DNA of 64,000 nt from the human T2T-CHM13v2.0 reference genome, Homo sapiens (GCF_009914755.1 NC_060933.1); one strand, 5' to 3'; counted from the stretch's first letter, positions 1 to 17,689 are shown. Notes: a model not told the origin generated them from the sequence alone. Program-made: numbers and translations.

Positions 1-1109
1 CACCCCACACAGCATGGGTTACCACGGTTAAGAAGAAATCATTCTCAGCCAGGCAATGACCTTCTTGCAGCCCTTCATTTTGAAGTGAACTATGGCCAAA
101 ATAAGAACAAACCCGGGGGTCTAAGGGTGCCCCTCCACAGCAGCCTTGCCCTGGGCTGACACCAAGGAGGCATGCACTACATGCATATACGGAATAAATG
201 AATTAATGAATAAGTGAATGAGAAAGAAGGGAGAATGGGAGAAAGAGAAAGGGACAAGAGAGGAAAATGGAAAGAAAAAGATTAGGAGAGAGAAGCAGCT
301 GACTCCGTGAGGCTATGGTGAATTGCCAGAGCCAGACACATATCCCAAATTTATTATTCCTACGAGCAATTATGATCCAGTGGGAAAGTAACCAGAATGC
401 AGTGAAATCAGTGAAGACCACCTTGCTTTTTCCAGTATTTTTATGTTCTAGGACAAGTACAGACATTTTGCTGTGCACTCTCATTCTGATTACTCGAACA
501 ATATTTCATTAAGAACAACATACTGGTTAGCTGGGGATATGAATGGCCCACGCTTGGGAAACTTTCTGGCAGAGTATGAAACTATCTTTTCAATAACTAA
601 CAAAAATATGATAGAAAAACAAGAGATGGTCTGAATAAATGCTATAAGGAAGAAAGCTAAGTGTAAAGCTGTTCTGCTCCAGTGGAACAAGGAGTGCGGT
701 GGTTAATAGATGATTACTTCATGGGAGCAAATGACACCATAGAAGATTAAGTAACCTTTAGCATTCATGACTAGACAATCCCTAATCAAGAATGAAGAGG
801 AAAAAGACACTTTCTCAAAAAACGGGATCATTCGCATAATGTTTTTATATTAGCTATTTATGACCATATTTTTAAAGAGGGAATCTGAGCAGCCCTTAGG
901 GATTATCTTACCCAACCCCTTCATTTTGCCAACAAGTTCAGAATGGCTAAATGAGCCTTTCCTCAGGCCTCATAGCCATTTAGAACCACAACCCTGGAAG
1001 AACCCCAGCCCCATTTTTACAAATGGGACCCTGTCCTCTGAAATCTGTCTCAGTCTCCCAGCTTTCTGGGGATTCAGTTGGAAAACATAAACATATTTAA
1101 AAAATAATT

Positions 1110-1436
1110 CTTAAGACAATAGAGGATATTTAAATATAGATCAGAAAATATATAATGGAAATGTTATTAATATTCTTAGATGTGACAATGTATTTTGCTC
1201 ATATAGAAGGGTTCTTAACAAAGAAGCATTTGGAGGTGCCTTGCCATGAAATCTGCACTTTCACATTGTCCAGCAAAACAGAACAGATAGATCAGATAGA
1301 TAGATAGACAGACAGACAGACAAATAGATAAGCAAATATGGCAAAATGTTGACAGTTACTAAGTTTAGATGGCAGAGAGGGGGAGTTCATTATACTATTG
1401 CTTCAAACCTTTATTTTGAAGATTTTTCATAATAAT
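1110..1436 (+). mobile_element. Old L1M (L1MC/L1ME-like) 3' end fragment with internal (GATA)n/(GACA)n
   Basis: L1 3'UTR-like phrases 'gcaaatatggcaaaatgttgac' and 'gttcattatactatt...tttttcataataa'; tetranucleotide run ~1285-1330. Confidence 0.55.
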
Positions 1437-3257
1437 ATACATACATTTTTGAAAATCACTCTTTTAAAGCATTTCAAAGTTTGAGTAGTAGTCTTAGATC
1501 TGTATACCCAGCTGCTCAGACACCCCATATGACACAGCAAAGCCAGACTTCTAAAGGAGGGAGATTTACGGGGCTCCCAGATCGTACATCTAACCACAAT
1601 GACAGCAAAATCACTTCTAGAAAATGTATCTAGGGAATGGTAGAAACCAGATGAGGTTCTCCATTAGGTATGATGAAGACACCTTGGACCCATGTGTCAC
1701 TGTGTGCCATTCTTCCCATAAAAGGCTAGGGTGGGGTAGAGACTGGGGCCTGCCTTCTGTATAAAGTCAGAAGAAGCCTCTGAAAAAGTATGACAGATAA
1801 TAATGATTTTCCAAGAAAGACTGCTACTGCCTTTGTTTACTTCCGTATTCTAAAGAAGCAATTTCGAAACACCTGATTCAGAGTTGTATCTCTTCTAGCA
1901 AGTACCATTACTGAAAAAAGGTGTTAAAAAACAAAAAACAAAAAAAAAAACAAAAAACAAACAAACAAAAAACCTCGCCCTGAGAACCTAAGCAGGATGG
2001 GGCTAAATATTTAGGTCTTCTCCATCGTTGGCTGGCTTTGTTTTTCCTCTTCCTTTTGAGCATCTTCCTTTTGAGGATGATTTAAAGCCTGTTGCTCTCA
2101 CCACTTTGACATAAACCAGAGGACCTATCTTTTCTCTGGATTCTTACCTGTGACACCACAAATTTCTTATTACTATTAAGAAATGCCTCTTGCTTCCTGA
2201 TTCCCATCAATTAACTGTTCAAAGTCCAACTGCTCAGAAGGAGACCAACTTCCCAGAGGCATCTCCTTGGAGCTTGGTCCCAAGCTCCACCTTTGACAAC
2301 CAGCACAGCTCCTGGGAGGGCTCTGGCTGGGAAGTAGCTCACTGTGCTTGCCAAATATGGGGAAGCTCAGACAATAAAGGTGCAAGTGAGATAAAGGACT
2401 GGGGGAGCTGAAGACAAAGGACGGGGCATCCCTTCTGGGCCAGAGGACATAGGGAAGAAGGGCCAGGGTGTCTACACCCTGACACTTTGATGGAGAAGAT
2501 GAAGAGGGCATGCTCCAGGAGAAGGGCACAGCTTACCACAGGGCATGCAGAAAAGAAAGTGCATGTCACAGAGTGATGGCAAGCATGGGTGTGCAAATAT
2601 GTGCAAGCTGGCATTAAGGGAAGATGTTCTTTAGATCTGAGCTTGGTAAAGTGAAAGAAGTGGTTAGTCCAACAAAAACAATTTCCTTGGCCATTTCTCC
2701 CCTTCAGGTTTATTCACAAAGAAAGCACCATTTAAGAAACAACCTGATATATGTGCATTCCCCTTTCCCAATTTACCTAATGAATAGTGCCACATAAACA
2801 AATGGTCCTTCCATCCTTTTCTTTGGAGGTGCAGTCATGGCTTAATAGGTTCACATTTTCAAGCTCAGCTTATAAACTGTTGAGCTAAACCTACAGATAG
2901 AAAATACTTCAACCAGGCGGTGGTGAGTATACCCTTGTTATGCGACATACACCATTGGCTTTAGACCAGAAGTTGATTCTCAAAATATTAGGTATGTAAT
3001 CCTCACCCATGGCTACCCATGAGAATTACCTAGCGAGCTTTAAAAAAACTATGTGATGCCAGAGCTTGCCCCTAGAAATTTCCATGGTTATTCAATTATT
3101 CAGGTTTGCGAATTACTGGGAAAGGGCTATAAATTTTTCACACTTTCGTTTTTTAAAAACTCTATGAATATAAGTAACAATAAGCCACACTATATTTAAG
3201 GAAAGTATATAAGTTTTATACGTTAAAGCAGAAATAAACTACTTAAGACAAAATTAA

Positions 3258-3625
<368 letters not shown>

Positions 3626-4467
3626 TGCTCCCCTGTCTTAAAGGGAGGATGTTTTAACTTTCCTCACCAATTTTATTCAAGGTAATATCACCTTACCCTG
3701 GTTCCAACAGCTACTTCAACAATGGATTCAGCTAGCTTCCTTTCTATCTTGAGTAGCCAAAGCACAGAACTTTGCAGAAAGACAATGCCTAATGCCTCAC
3801 CTTATGCCTTAAATGAGGAGTTACTTATTTTCTATTTCCTCCAAGTTAAGGGAATGGTGGAAAAAAAAAAGAGTCCTTTATATTTTCATCCAAACAAAAG
3901 TCTCCTTAACTTTTTTCAAAAGAATAGACCCATTCCTCCTGACTTCTTAAGCTTCACTTTTCTAGCTGACATCTAGCTAAATGGAAATGTAGACCACATA
4001 AGACCGTCCTCTTCAGACAAGTCTCTTGGCCATAATCATAATTCTCAAATGTTTGAACAGTCCCAGTGTTTTCACTACAAACACTAACTTAGGTCAGAAT
4101 TTTTTAAAAGGCTTTTATATAGGAATTGAATCAGGCTTCACAATTAAGGTGTCACCAGGTACCTATTAAAATGCATTAAATTGTCCCCTCTAGACCTCTA
4201 CAGACCCCTACAAGGCTGAACCAGGAAATAAGGATGGCGTGTGGCTAAGTTTATCTATCACACCTGGTTTTAATCCATCCCATTCTGTGGGTCAAAATAC
4301 CTTCCCAAACCAATCAAACTAATTTGTTCCCTCAAATGAACAAATCCATCTTTAGAGGCCGAATAAAGGATAAGAAATATTTTAAAAAAGAAGAAGAGTG
4401 AGAATCAGAAAAGCCACTATAAAATGCCATGCAAGTAATGTCAGGGTTTCATAGTTTCATTGTTTTT

Positions 4468-4796
4468 ATCCATTAACAGATGACTAGATAAGCACAATGT
4501 GGTATATACATACAATAGAATTTCATCCAGCCTTAAAAAGGAAGGAAATGCTCACAGATGCTACAGTATGGATGAACCTTGAAAATATTTGCTAAATGAA
4601 ATAAGCCAGACACAAAAGGGCAAATATTATATGAGGGGAATGGAGAGTTCTTATTTAATGGATTTAATGAGTTGCTCCTTGGAATGACAAAAAAATTTCT
4701 GGAAATGGACAGTAGTGATGGTTTCACAACACTGTAAATGCACTTGATGCCACTGAATTATACACTTAAAAATGGCTAAGAGGGTAAATTTTGTTA
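4468..4796 (+). mobile_element. L1MB-like 3' fragment
   Basis: 'tggatgaaccttgaaaata...aataagccagacacaaaagg', 'cactgaattatacacttaaaaatgg'. Confidence 0.75.
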
Positions 4797-5493
4797 GTTA
4801 GTGCAAAACCTAGGAAGCTAGAAATTGATGACATTTTCCTTCAGCTGACTAATTACTACATCAACACACAAAATCTCCATTTCCTCTTTTCCTGGCCATC
4901 TAGTTTCTACCAGTCAAATAAGGTATTAAAAACGGTCTTAGGAAATCTCTCCTCTTTTGCTTCACTTCACTTTCTCCCTTTTTGGGGATAAAGCCCAAAC
5001 AATCTACCACTGACTTTCTTTGAAGTGTCAAAGTCTGAAAGGAATATGATAGGTTCACAATACGGATTAAGAAAACTCAGGAATCACTTTCACACATCTT
5101 AACAATGGGATACTCAGATGGGTAGCATGAATGCCTTTGTACTCGAGGCCTGAAGATATACCAGCCCTTCTCTCATGGAAATTATATGAGTCAGCAAAGC
5201 ATATAATCATCTGTGATTTAAATAAAGTTAGGAAGCAGTGTATGATCATGTTTGAGCAGAACAGCTCAGTGCTATGGAAAGTCTGGGGAGAAAGAAAGTA
5301 GCGTCTGCAACGTCTTAACAGGGATGGAACAGCTAACGTAGATGAGGAATGAGGATTGAGAGCAAGGAGGGTATTTGGAGAACACTTACAGGGACAGAAC
5401 CCAAAAAAATGATCATGTATGGGGCAGGAAAGGGACATAAAGGAGAGCCACCAAGCTAGAGTAGGGGATTTATTTTAGGAAGTAGAAAGTAAC

Positions 5494-5561
5494 ATGAAAA
5501 TGGGAGGCTGATCCAGTAATCTATGTGATGAAAAAGGGAGGCTGATTCAGTAATCTATGTG
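5494..5561 (+). repeat. Two-copy 34-bp tandem duplication
   Basis: gggaggctgat(c/t)cagtaatctatgtg at 5502 and 5536. Confidence 0.85.
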
Positions 5562-7196
5562 GTAAAGAGGAAGTGGTTTCAATGATTGAAAATGGGTCTA
5601 TTCATACGTGGTAAAAGTCCCATGGGCTGGAAAGCACCTATTAGTTATTGAATTTTGCTGGAAAATTTACAACAAAAAAATTAATACTTGTTTCATACTT
5701 GATTTAGCCTGTATTTTCAACCTTCTTGATATGATAACCTAAAAGTTTGAACATGTAAGATCAAATAACTTTATGTTTAAAATTTTGTTTTATTTTTCAA
5801 AATGAAATTCCAATTAAGTCATCCTCTACCCTGATCCCTAGTATTTACTATGAAATGCTGGGTCCCATTCCAAGCCAACTCACTGTAAGTGGTCTTTTCC
5901 TGAATAGATCATCTTCAGATCATGGGGCCTCCTATAGGTCTTCATTAGTTTATTCCAGCCCCAGCCAGCATTAGATCCCAATATCAGATTTCTCAATTTC
6001 TGGGAGCAAACATAGGTACCCGTTATTAAATTTCCAGCAACTTTAGAGTCTGTATAAAACCAGTCTGGCATTTGTGTTGTTCACACAAATGTAATTCAGT
6101 GGCAGGGGATTAAAGGCTCAAAACCCCTCACCATGCACTGCTGCACAGCAAATGTAAACCCAGGAGCTAAAACCAAATGAGAAAGAGATTCATCAAGCCA
6201 GGGAACACCATCAGCTCAACAATGAAACCTAAGGCAGATCCATTTTTCTCTTCAGAGCTCATGCTGTATATTATCATTAGGAGGGAGGTACTGAATCTTT
6301 TGCCTTAGGATCTGAATCTGTTTCCATGGTGACAAGAGAGTGGGTCTTTAAACTCCAGGACAAATGAATGAAGCATTCACTGAATCAGGCAATTTCTGGT
6401 TATTTTCAAAGCTTAGGAAAACACAGATAATGGCTGTAAGTCTTGCCAAACACTGATTTGTTTCATTTTTAAGTACAGAGGTCAATGATGGAGAAATGTA
6501 AGAGAACTGCATTCCGAACCAATATTGACCCTAGGTCAAGTATAAAATATGCCTGATTCTTCATAGGGCTTATCATGTAAAAGAAAATTATGTTGGCTTC
6601 ACCTCAGATGGCACTAACACTGTAATTGCCATGAATTCAAGCAGAACATAGAAATAGGAGAAACTGGGCTGCTGTTTTTTTAAACAAGATTTTTTTTTCC
6701 TTTCAGTTCAATTGAAGTGTTGCTTTCTAAATACCAAGGACAGTTAATCTCATGCTTTCAAATGGTAACAATGAACCCAAGAATCTAAGAGAATAACTTT
6801 TTAAGTCTAGAATCCTTTTTTGGACTCCCTGTTAGACAACTTCCTATGGAGCGCAATTTGGGGTCTTGAAGCATTACATGTTTGTTTGTCAGAGTTTATC
6901 CAGAAGACCAGCACTACTTTTACAAGCTCTCTTGACTAAACTTGTCATAAAGTTGGATGGCAATGGATTAGGAAGTCTTGTCTGGTACACCACCATTTTT
7001 GCAAAAAGATGTCGACTCCATCCCTCAGCTCGTTTGATCTATTTTAACTTTAAAATATGGATCTTCCCTTAGTCAACAACAGAAAACTCTCACCAGATAA
7101 TATGCCTCAAAGGACCTTCCACCGGATCCTTATCAAATTCTCTTTGGGAGTCTACTGGTAATTGTTTGAAGGACACAGTCTATTCCTTTCTCCACA

Positions 7197-7445
7197 TGTG
7201 GTTCTCAATCCTGGCCACACTTTGGAATCATCTGAAGAGCTTAAGATGGAAGTCTCCAGAGATTTTGATTCAATTGATCTGCAGAAAAGTCCAGGCAGCA
7301 CAATTTAAAAAAAAAAAAAAAAAAAACTTATTTTTAAGAGACAAGGGATCTCTCTGTCGCCCAGGCTGGAGTGCAGTGTCAGGCTGCATACTTTAAAAAA
7401 GCTTCCCTGGTGGTTCTGAGGCACTGCCCAGGATGAGAACCATTG
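7197..7445. mobile_element. MER5-family hAT MITE interrupted by a ~48-bp Alu 3' fragment (7331-7378, minus)
   Basis: ends 'gtggttctcaatcctggc...' and '...ggatgagaaccattg'; internal 'ctctgtcgcccaggctggagtgcagtg'. Confidence 0.7.
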
Positions 7446-7549
7446 ATACCCAGAGACTACCAGGATGGCTAGACCTAATGAGCTCACTTTTTAAAAGCAT
7501 TTATTATACAAGTTATATATGAATACATTTCTTTTTATTTAAAAAGTTA

Positions 7550-7861
<312 letters not shown>

Positions 7862-8221
7862 TTAAGATATTACAATTAAATCCTTCTTTGGCCACCTGCC
7901 CTGCTTCCAGTCCAGGGGCGTTCTTCCAGGACTCATTCTGTTCATTTACATACATACGTATTCACAGATATACTGGTGAATATACACATCTATGAAAATA
8001 CAAATACATTTCATTTTTCAAAATAATTTTAACATGTTTCCTACTGTGCATATTGTTCTGCTGCTGTTTTCACTTAACAGTATGCCTCTGAGTGCTTTCC
8101 ATGTTGTAGTTCTCTGTTTTATTACTTTCAACTACTATATGGCATTTGTATACATGTAGTACTTGAAAGTATTTCTTCTGAATCAAAGTATTTCTTTTAA
8201 AATGCCATTCCTGTAAATCTC

Positions 8222-8855
<634 letters not shown>

Positions 8856-8934
8856 AAATAATGGGCATTTAGGCTTCTTACAGTTCATCTGAAATCAGAA
8901 GAAAAAAAGTGCCACAGTGGACACTACTATACAT

Positions 8935-9121
8935 CAGTTGTTCTCAATGGGATGCTATCTGGCAAAGAAACACTCTGGCCACAACTTAGAGGGGTAACTG
9001 GCACTGAGTGGAGGCCAGGGTTGCTGTTAAACATCTGGCAATGCACAGGACAGTCTCTCAAAGCAAAGAACTGGCTGGCCCCAAATATCACCGGTGCTGA
9101 GGTTGAGGTTGAGAAACCCAG
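8935..9121. mobile_element. MER20-like hAT MITE
   Basis: 'gaggccagggttgctgttaaacatc...atgcacaggacag...ggccccaaatatca...gaggttgagaaaccc'. Confidence 0.75.
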
Positions 9122-9131
9122 TTAAGCATAA

Positions 9132-9467
<336 letters not shown>

Positions 9468-10597
9468 AGGAGTGCTTCTTAAAGGTAGATCTTAAGTCAT
9501 GGAATTGCCTGTGCTTTTGAAATGTTCATACACAACACCAAACTGCCCTTCAGAGTGGATATGCCAGTGTTGTCTCCCATCAACAGGACAAGAGAATATT
9601 CAAATTAATCTTTAAAGAACAAATAAATAAATCCAGCTAGAAGAGTTTGAAAGGCTTCAATATGTCCACTAAATATTATAAGTTTGTACAACCACCAACA
9701 GGAATGACAATACAACTCTAAGTCCTAGAGTTTTAAGTAATATTTGGAAGTTTTAATCTACCCTCACCCTTTTATGAAATGTCTTTTATGATCCCAGAAC
9801 ATAACTCACTTTGGGTCCTGGCATTGTTAATTTATAAACTAACTGACTAGTATATCTCTCTGCTTTTCAACTGTGGCCAAAATTTGAATCTCAGGAGAGT
9901 GAACTTCAATAGTCTCAAATGCTACGCTAATTAAAAATAATAATAATTATTTGTATTTGCCATATACCCAGGGCCCCAAAGCTCTATTTTCCCAAAAATA
10001 CTGCCCTTGGAATAACCTTCATGTGTACTAACTGATAACACAAGTCATGTGCCTGGGCCCAGTATCTGTTCTCAAACATACTGCATATTTATTATTTAGA
10101 GATGATCCTGCCAAACAAATCAGCAAGTAGAAATACATTATATATCTAAATCTGTTATGCAAATCCAGAGGTACACTTAATATAAAATGTATTGCTCCCA
10201 TATATTTACATTTTACCTAGTCTTTAGGAAGCAAGATTATTGACCTACTCCAATTTTCAATTTCCATGTTCACAAAAATGCAAATTTTCACTAACATGAT
10301 TCATGTTCCAAGGTTTTTTAATGACATATCAATATAAGATACTCTACAGCCATAACCTCTTTAGGTAAATTCTAACCCTTATCAGTCTCCTCTGCTGTGA
10401 ACTTCCAATAAAGAACTAACTTTAACTATCATCCTGGAGTGAATTTGAATCCTGAATTCATTCTCAGTATGCAGTATAGCAGGCAAAATAAGATGAGAGC
10501 TACAAATAATTACAGTTAATTCTAACTAGTCACCATTTTCTTCCACAAGTTTTAAAAAAAATGCTTGTGGGGCAGTTTTCCAGGGTAAAGATATTCC

Positions 10598-10903
<306 letters not shown>

Positions 10904-11168
10904 TTATGGCCAGCAAAAGTTTGTGATAATGTTCACCATATCTTGCTCTAAAATGATATTTATTGACTTGCCTATGTTTGGCCCAAAAGATTCTAAATAA
11001 TTTGTTTTACAGAGGTAGGGAGGAAGAGGAGGAGGAAGGAAGACTAGAAAGAAAGAGGTGGGGTGGGTGGTAAGCTCCCTGAGACAGAGTAGTCTTTCTT
11101 GTTTATCACTTTACCTGCAGCTCCCAGAGCAGGTCCTGGCTCACCTAGCATAGCTCAAATACTGCTTA

Positions 11169-11542
<374 letters not shown>

Positions 11543-12493
11543 CTATTAAAAAAGTTACCCAGGTAAAAAAGTATACAAGTTAAATCCAAATTTTGATTCA
11601 GAAATGCAAATTCGGATCTGGCAAATCTGTGGCATGGAATCTGCTGGTGGGGACGGCAGAGCCCCTCACAACAGTTAACCTGAGGAGGAAAGGCTGACTG
11701 GGCTTTCCTGGGTGCACAAGGTGGTACAGGGATGGTGAAGTCTCTCGGAATTTACAGGGGGGCACTCCCTGGGTTAGTCCTGCTCATCAACCACAGAGCT
11801 GAGGAGCAGGCTGCAGAGGAGATGGGGCTGCCTTCAGCAAACCCCCTTCAGCTGGTCTTGTGGAGGGAGCAAAGATACAATTGAGACAGTAAAGTCGCAC
11901 TTCAGAAACCCCTAATGGGATGCAATTTGGAAAGAGACTGTCATGCCACGTCTGAGATCAGCAGGTGTCTCTGCTACTCGATATTTTCAGGTGGATCTCC
12001 AAATCAGACAAGTTTTTCAATGCCCAGGCAGAAAGAGCTTTCTATTTAGCCCAGCTTTGATGAGAAACCCAAGTCCCATATGTGCCTTCTCTTATTCTGT
12101 TAAAGAGCTCCGCCACCCCAGATGCATTTTAAACTGAATCTCCAGCCTCATGAATCTCTTTTGCCTTTTTTTTTTTTAAATGGGGTTGGGAAAAAAAGGT
12201 TCCCTCCCCGCAGAAGGTGTGTTGAACTTACTCTTGCTATTAATATATGTCTCAAGCATGCTCTTCCCTTGATCCTGGTTGTGACATGGTAACTAGCAAG
12301 GGGGGCAGGGGGATGCAGTCCTATTAGCACAGCAGTATAGGCAGAGAGATCATTGGCATTTGGCCAAACTTGGTAACTCAAGAAGGAAAATACTGCTGGA
12401 TGTGCTGCAGCTACTCCTCTCCAGTGCTGGAGGGGCCAGAACTGTCCTGCCCAACAAGTTTCCCGAGGACCTACTATGTGTTGGGAACTGTGA

Positions 12494-13070
<577 letters not shown>

Positions 13071-13219
13071 AAAAATCATGGAAGCGAAAATGTCCATACA
13101 TTTTAGGACCAAGAATTGTATTTCGATTAATTTTTGTCATTATTGTTTGTTGGAGGAAGTTAACTTTAAACTAAACAAATAAATATATATTAACTTAATT
13201 CTAACACCATTTCCCCCAA

Positions 13220-13863
13220 TTTTAACAGCTTTATTGAAATATAATCAACATACTATCAAGTTTACCCATTTAATGTGTACAATTCAATGGTTTTTAATAT
13301 ATTTACTGAGTTGTGCAAGCATCACCACAATCTCATTTTAGAACATCTTATCATGTTTTAAAGAAAGAAACCCCAAAAGAAACTTTTTACCCATTAGCAG
13401 TGACTCCTTGCCCCCACCACTGCAGCCCAGGCAACACTAATCTACTTTGTCTCTTTAGATTTGCCTATTCTGGGCATTTCATATGTGGAATCATGCAATA
13501 TATGTGTTTTTTGCATGCATAACTGGCTTCCTTTATTCACATAATTTTTTTAGGTTTATTTATCTGGTAGCGTGCATCAGTACTTCATTTTTTATTGCCA
13601 AATAATATTCTATTATGGCTATTCCACACATTTTGTTTATTTTTTCATCAGATTATAGACATTTGGGTTGTTTCCACTCTTTGGCTACTATGGATAATGC
13701 TGCTATGCACATTCATGTACAAGTTTTGTGTGGATATATGTTTCAATTCTTTAGGTGTATACCTAGGAGTAACCTTGCTGGGTCGTATGGTAGCTCCATG
13801 TTTAACCTTTTGTGGAATTACCACAGTGTTTTCTAAAGTCGATGTATCATTTTACATTCCCAC
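13220..13863 (-). mobile_element. L1MB-like 3' end, 5'-truncated
   Basis: 'cagctttattgaaatataat...tgtacaattcaatgg' through '...ttttacattcccac'. Confidence 0.85.
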
Positions 13864-14440
13864 TGGAAATATCTGAGCTCTCAAATTTTAATGTTTCTGA
13901 AATAAGAGTACAACTTATAATCTATGTGCATATTTAATAGAGTAAATTGCCCTTTTACATTCAATATAATAAGTTATTTACTGAGACCCAACTAAGTGCT
14001 AGGCATACCTTACTTAATGCTCATTTACTCTATGATAGAGGTATTATTTTATAGATGAGAAAACTGAGGTTCAAAAAATGGGCTAGAATTGTATAGCTAC
14101 CACAACTGCATGGTGCTAGTAGTAGCATTTAAACCTGAGTCAGTTATCTGTCAAAATCCAATTTTCCTCCACACTCTTATGCTATTGTTCAAAGATGAGC
14201 AAAGGATAATATGTACCTTCTATGAGTTCATAATCTCTGAGACAGATAAATATATAAATATTTGAACACAAGTAAGGCTGAGATAAGTTCTCAATAAGAG
14301 GAATTTTTCTAAGTACTGTGGAGGGGTTGGAGTTAAATTTTGACAGAGGAAATCTTGAAGATATTTTGGGATAAGTGGGATTTAAGAGGGTCTTATTTGT
14401 AGGGTATGGAAGAATATCTTAAATCAATGCTCTAAGACTA

Positions 14441-14940
14441 TGTCATCCAATATGGTGCCTACTAACCACATGTGGCTGTTGAGCACTTGAAATGTGGCTA
14501 GTTTGGTTTGGGAAGTACTGTAAATACACACCAGATTTCAAAAACTTATCATTAAAAAGGGAAGTGCTTTGGGAAGCCGAGGCGGGCAGATCACATGAGG
14601 TCAGGAGTTCAAGACCAGCCTGACCAACATGGAGAAACCCTGTCTCTACTAAAAATACAAAATTAGCCAAGCTTGGTGGCATATGCCTGTAATACCAGCT
14701 ACTCGAGAGGCTGAGGCAGGAGAATCGCTTGACTCCAGCCTGGGCAACAAGAGCAAACCTCTGCCTTCAAAAAAAAAAAAAAAAGGTTAAGTGCTGTGAA
14801 TACACAGGCATTTAAGGACTTATTATTTTTAAGAGTGTAAAATATCTCATTAATTTTTATATTAAGTGTATGTTGAAATGATAATTTTTTTGATATATTG
14901 GGTTAAATAAACATATATTACTAAAATTAATTTCATCTTT
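14441..14940. mobile_element. MER33-like element interrupted by an Alu
   Basis: 'tccaatatggtgcctactaaccacatgtggctgttgagcacttgaaatgtggctag'; resumes 'atattgggttaaataa'. Confidence 0.7.
14566..14784 (+). mobile_element. 5'-truncated AluS with right-arm internal deletion
   Basis: starts at 'ctttgggaagccgagg'; junction 'atcgcttga|ctccagcc' at ~14732. Confidence 0.9.
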
Positions 14941-16175
14941 TTTTTTCCACCAACTGGCTGCTCATAAGAGAATCTGTGTTTTCACTTCAGTGTATTTACA
15001 TTGTGTAAATGTTGGTTTCTAGCGATTTCAATTGAGGAGCAACTGAAAGAGAGTGGTGGCTGAGACCAAGGATTTGGGGAGAACTCTGAACAGGGTGAAT
15101 AGAAAGGCCCATGAAAAATTCCCAGGTTAAGAAGAAAAGTCAAGTAATCTTGCAAATTACAAGTTTGTCTTTATTGACAGTGGATGATTTTTTGGCCTGT
15201 GAGTTATAAGGAACTAAAAGAAGGGCAATCACAGTGACAACAAAAGTGTTTTCCAAGAAAAGATCTAAGGAAAGAAACAGAGACCTAACATGTAGGGAAG
15301 AAGAATTATAAAATGCATCAATGGAATTATGTAGACTGAGAAATAATATCCAAAAACTTATCCAGACAAATCTTCCATTCTTCCTTTCTTGGGTCAGTCC
15401 TACCTTTAGACATTTCTTTTTTCTCCTTTCTTTCATAAAATGAAAGGAAATATCATATATCCATCATAGTTTTATAGAATACATAAAAAGACACAAATTC
15501 CAAATTGGCCCCAAAAGGTATTTTAGAAGAGAAGCTTTGTTTCAATGTGTAATAAACTGATCTGTGACCTGTGATCCAGTTTTTAAAAATATTTATGTCA
15601 GACTCACAATCTGCAATTAGAAACTAAAATTAACTAGCAATACAACAAATTAGTTTGAATTAGCCAAGGTAATCAAGTCTATCAAAGAAATTAAATATAT
15701 TAAGCAATAATGAGCCTAAACATCATCCTATGCCTTGAAAATCTTGCAAAAACTTGGTGTCTGTGTGCCTCCTGGGGACTCTGTACATTTTTAAATCAGG
15801 TCAGGCCAGATCCAATTAGGATGCTCTGAATGCTTTGGGGTTATAGTTTAATGAGTTATAGCAATAATTTACTAAATGTTCCATTGTGGCTTCATGGAGA
15901 TAATATTACAGGTAGATAGCACAGGTCAATAGAACTAGCTGATTAGGATTTGCAGAAATAAACTATGACTAATAAGCCAACAATATACTGTCGACGCTAA
16001 ATATTTAGTGATATTACCTCAGCTAAAATGAGATTATAGGTCACTTTAATACTCTGCTTGAAAGTTACTTTTATCAATCCTTGAATGCTTTCAGAGAATA
16101 ATCTGTTAATTTTTCTGCATCAAAGATGTTGGGTTGCAGGAGAGGGGAGCATTAAAAGTAAAGATCTAGGTTTCA

Positions 16176-16529
<354 letters not shown>

Positions 16530-17035
16530 CTAGGACACAACTGATCTGCGCTCAAGAGATAAGCTGGCTAATTTTCTCCAGGGCATCTGCAGGCTTCATG
16601 ATGGTGTGACAGTGGAAGGAGGGAAGGCAAAGGATGAGCAATACACTGAGGGAAAATCTTGCACCAAAATCTCTAACCATGGACTAGGATGCTAGACAAG
16701 GGTCAAGAATCATCACAAAGTTCAAAGACAGTGGCCAAACGCAATTAGACTTTTGTACTGCTTAAGCACTACCCTTTGTTTTTATAACTTCTGTCTGCTT
16801 CTCTGTGGTTATTAGACCAGAGGTTGGGGGAAACTTTAGTGTTGGCATGTGACTAACTCCACCTTAGAGAAGAAGAGGGTCAGGAGAGAAGGTGGCATAT
16901 AAGGAGCTTAGAAAAAGAGTAACCATTGTATTATTCATATGTATCTACAAGTATCTATGTATCTCTATACACCCCATAACCTCACTTTGTAAACCTCAAA
17001 TAGCCACAACAAAATTTATGTTTAAAAAAAGATAT

Positions 17036-17170
17036 GGGTATCATGCCATGCATCTGTAATTCCAGTACTGTGGGAAGTTGAGGAGAAAGGATCGCTTGAG
17101 GCCAGGAGTTCAAGACCAGCCTGGGCAACATAGCAAGAGCCTGTCTCTAAAATTAAAATTAAGCAAAAAA
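17036..17170 (+). mobile_element. FLAM (free left Alu monomer)
   Basis: single monomer 'ggatcgcttgaggccaggagttcaagaccagcctgggcaacatagcaagagcctgtctct' plus A-rich tail. Confidence 0.8.
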
Positions 17171-17689
17171 GAGAGAGGACCTACAGGAAACACAGTGAGG
17201 CAAGCTGCCACTGAATATAAGCAAGAGCATGACACTGAAAGCAGTCTCAGCAACAGGACAATCAAGCTGCACCTTGACGGTATTTCAAGTGTGAAGAAAA
17301 AGGCAAAGTAAAGTCTAGAGAGATCATTACTTTCAGTGGTTTACTTCAAAATTAAAGAAGTTGTTTGTGTGGTAATTTCAAATGCAATCAAGATTTGTGT
17401 TTCCTTCCTTCCCGGACTGCCATGGGTCTGGAGGGGTGATTAAATACAGACAGTAGTTTATAGCTAATGATGACCAATGGAATAAAAAATATTTCTGCAA
17501 CTTGAAATTCATATATTACATACACTGTTTCTCCTTGCATTTTAAATGTGTAGGAATATGAGGATTAATGTAAATACATTTCTTTTTTCACTTAAAATGG
17601 GTAGAAACAAGGATTCTCATCAACTGACACTGTCAGGAATATTTGTTCATCTTTGAGAGGCTCATTAGGTATAATTAACAGTAGCCATC

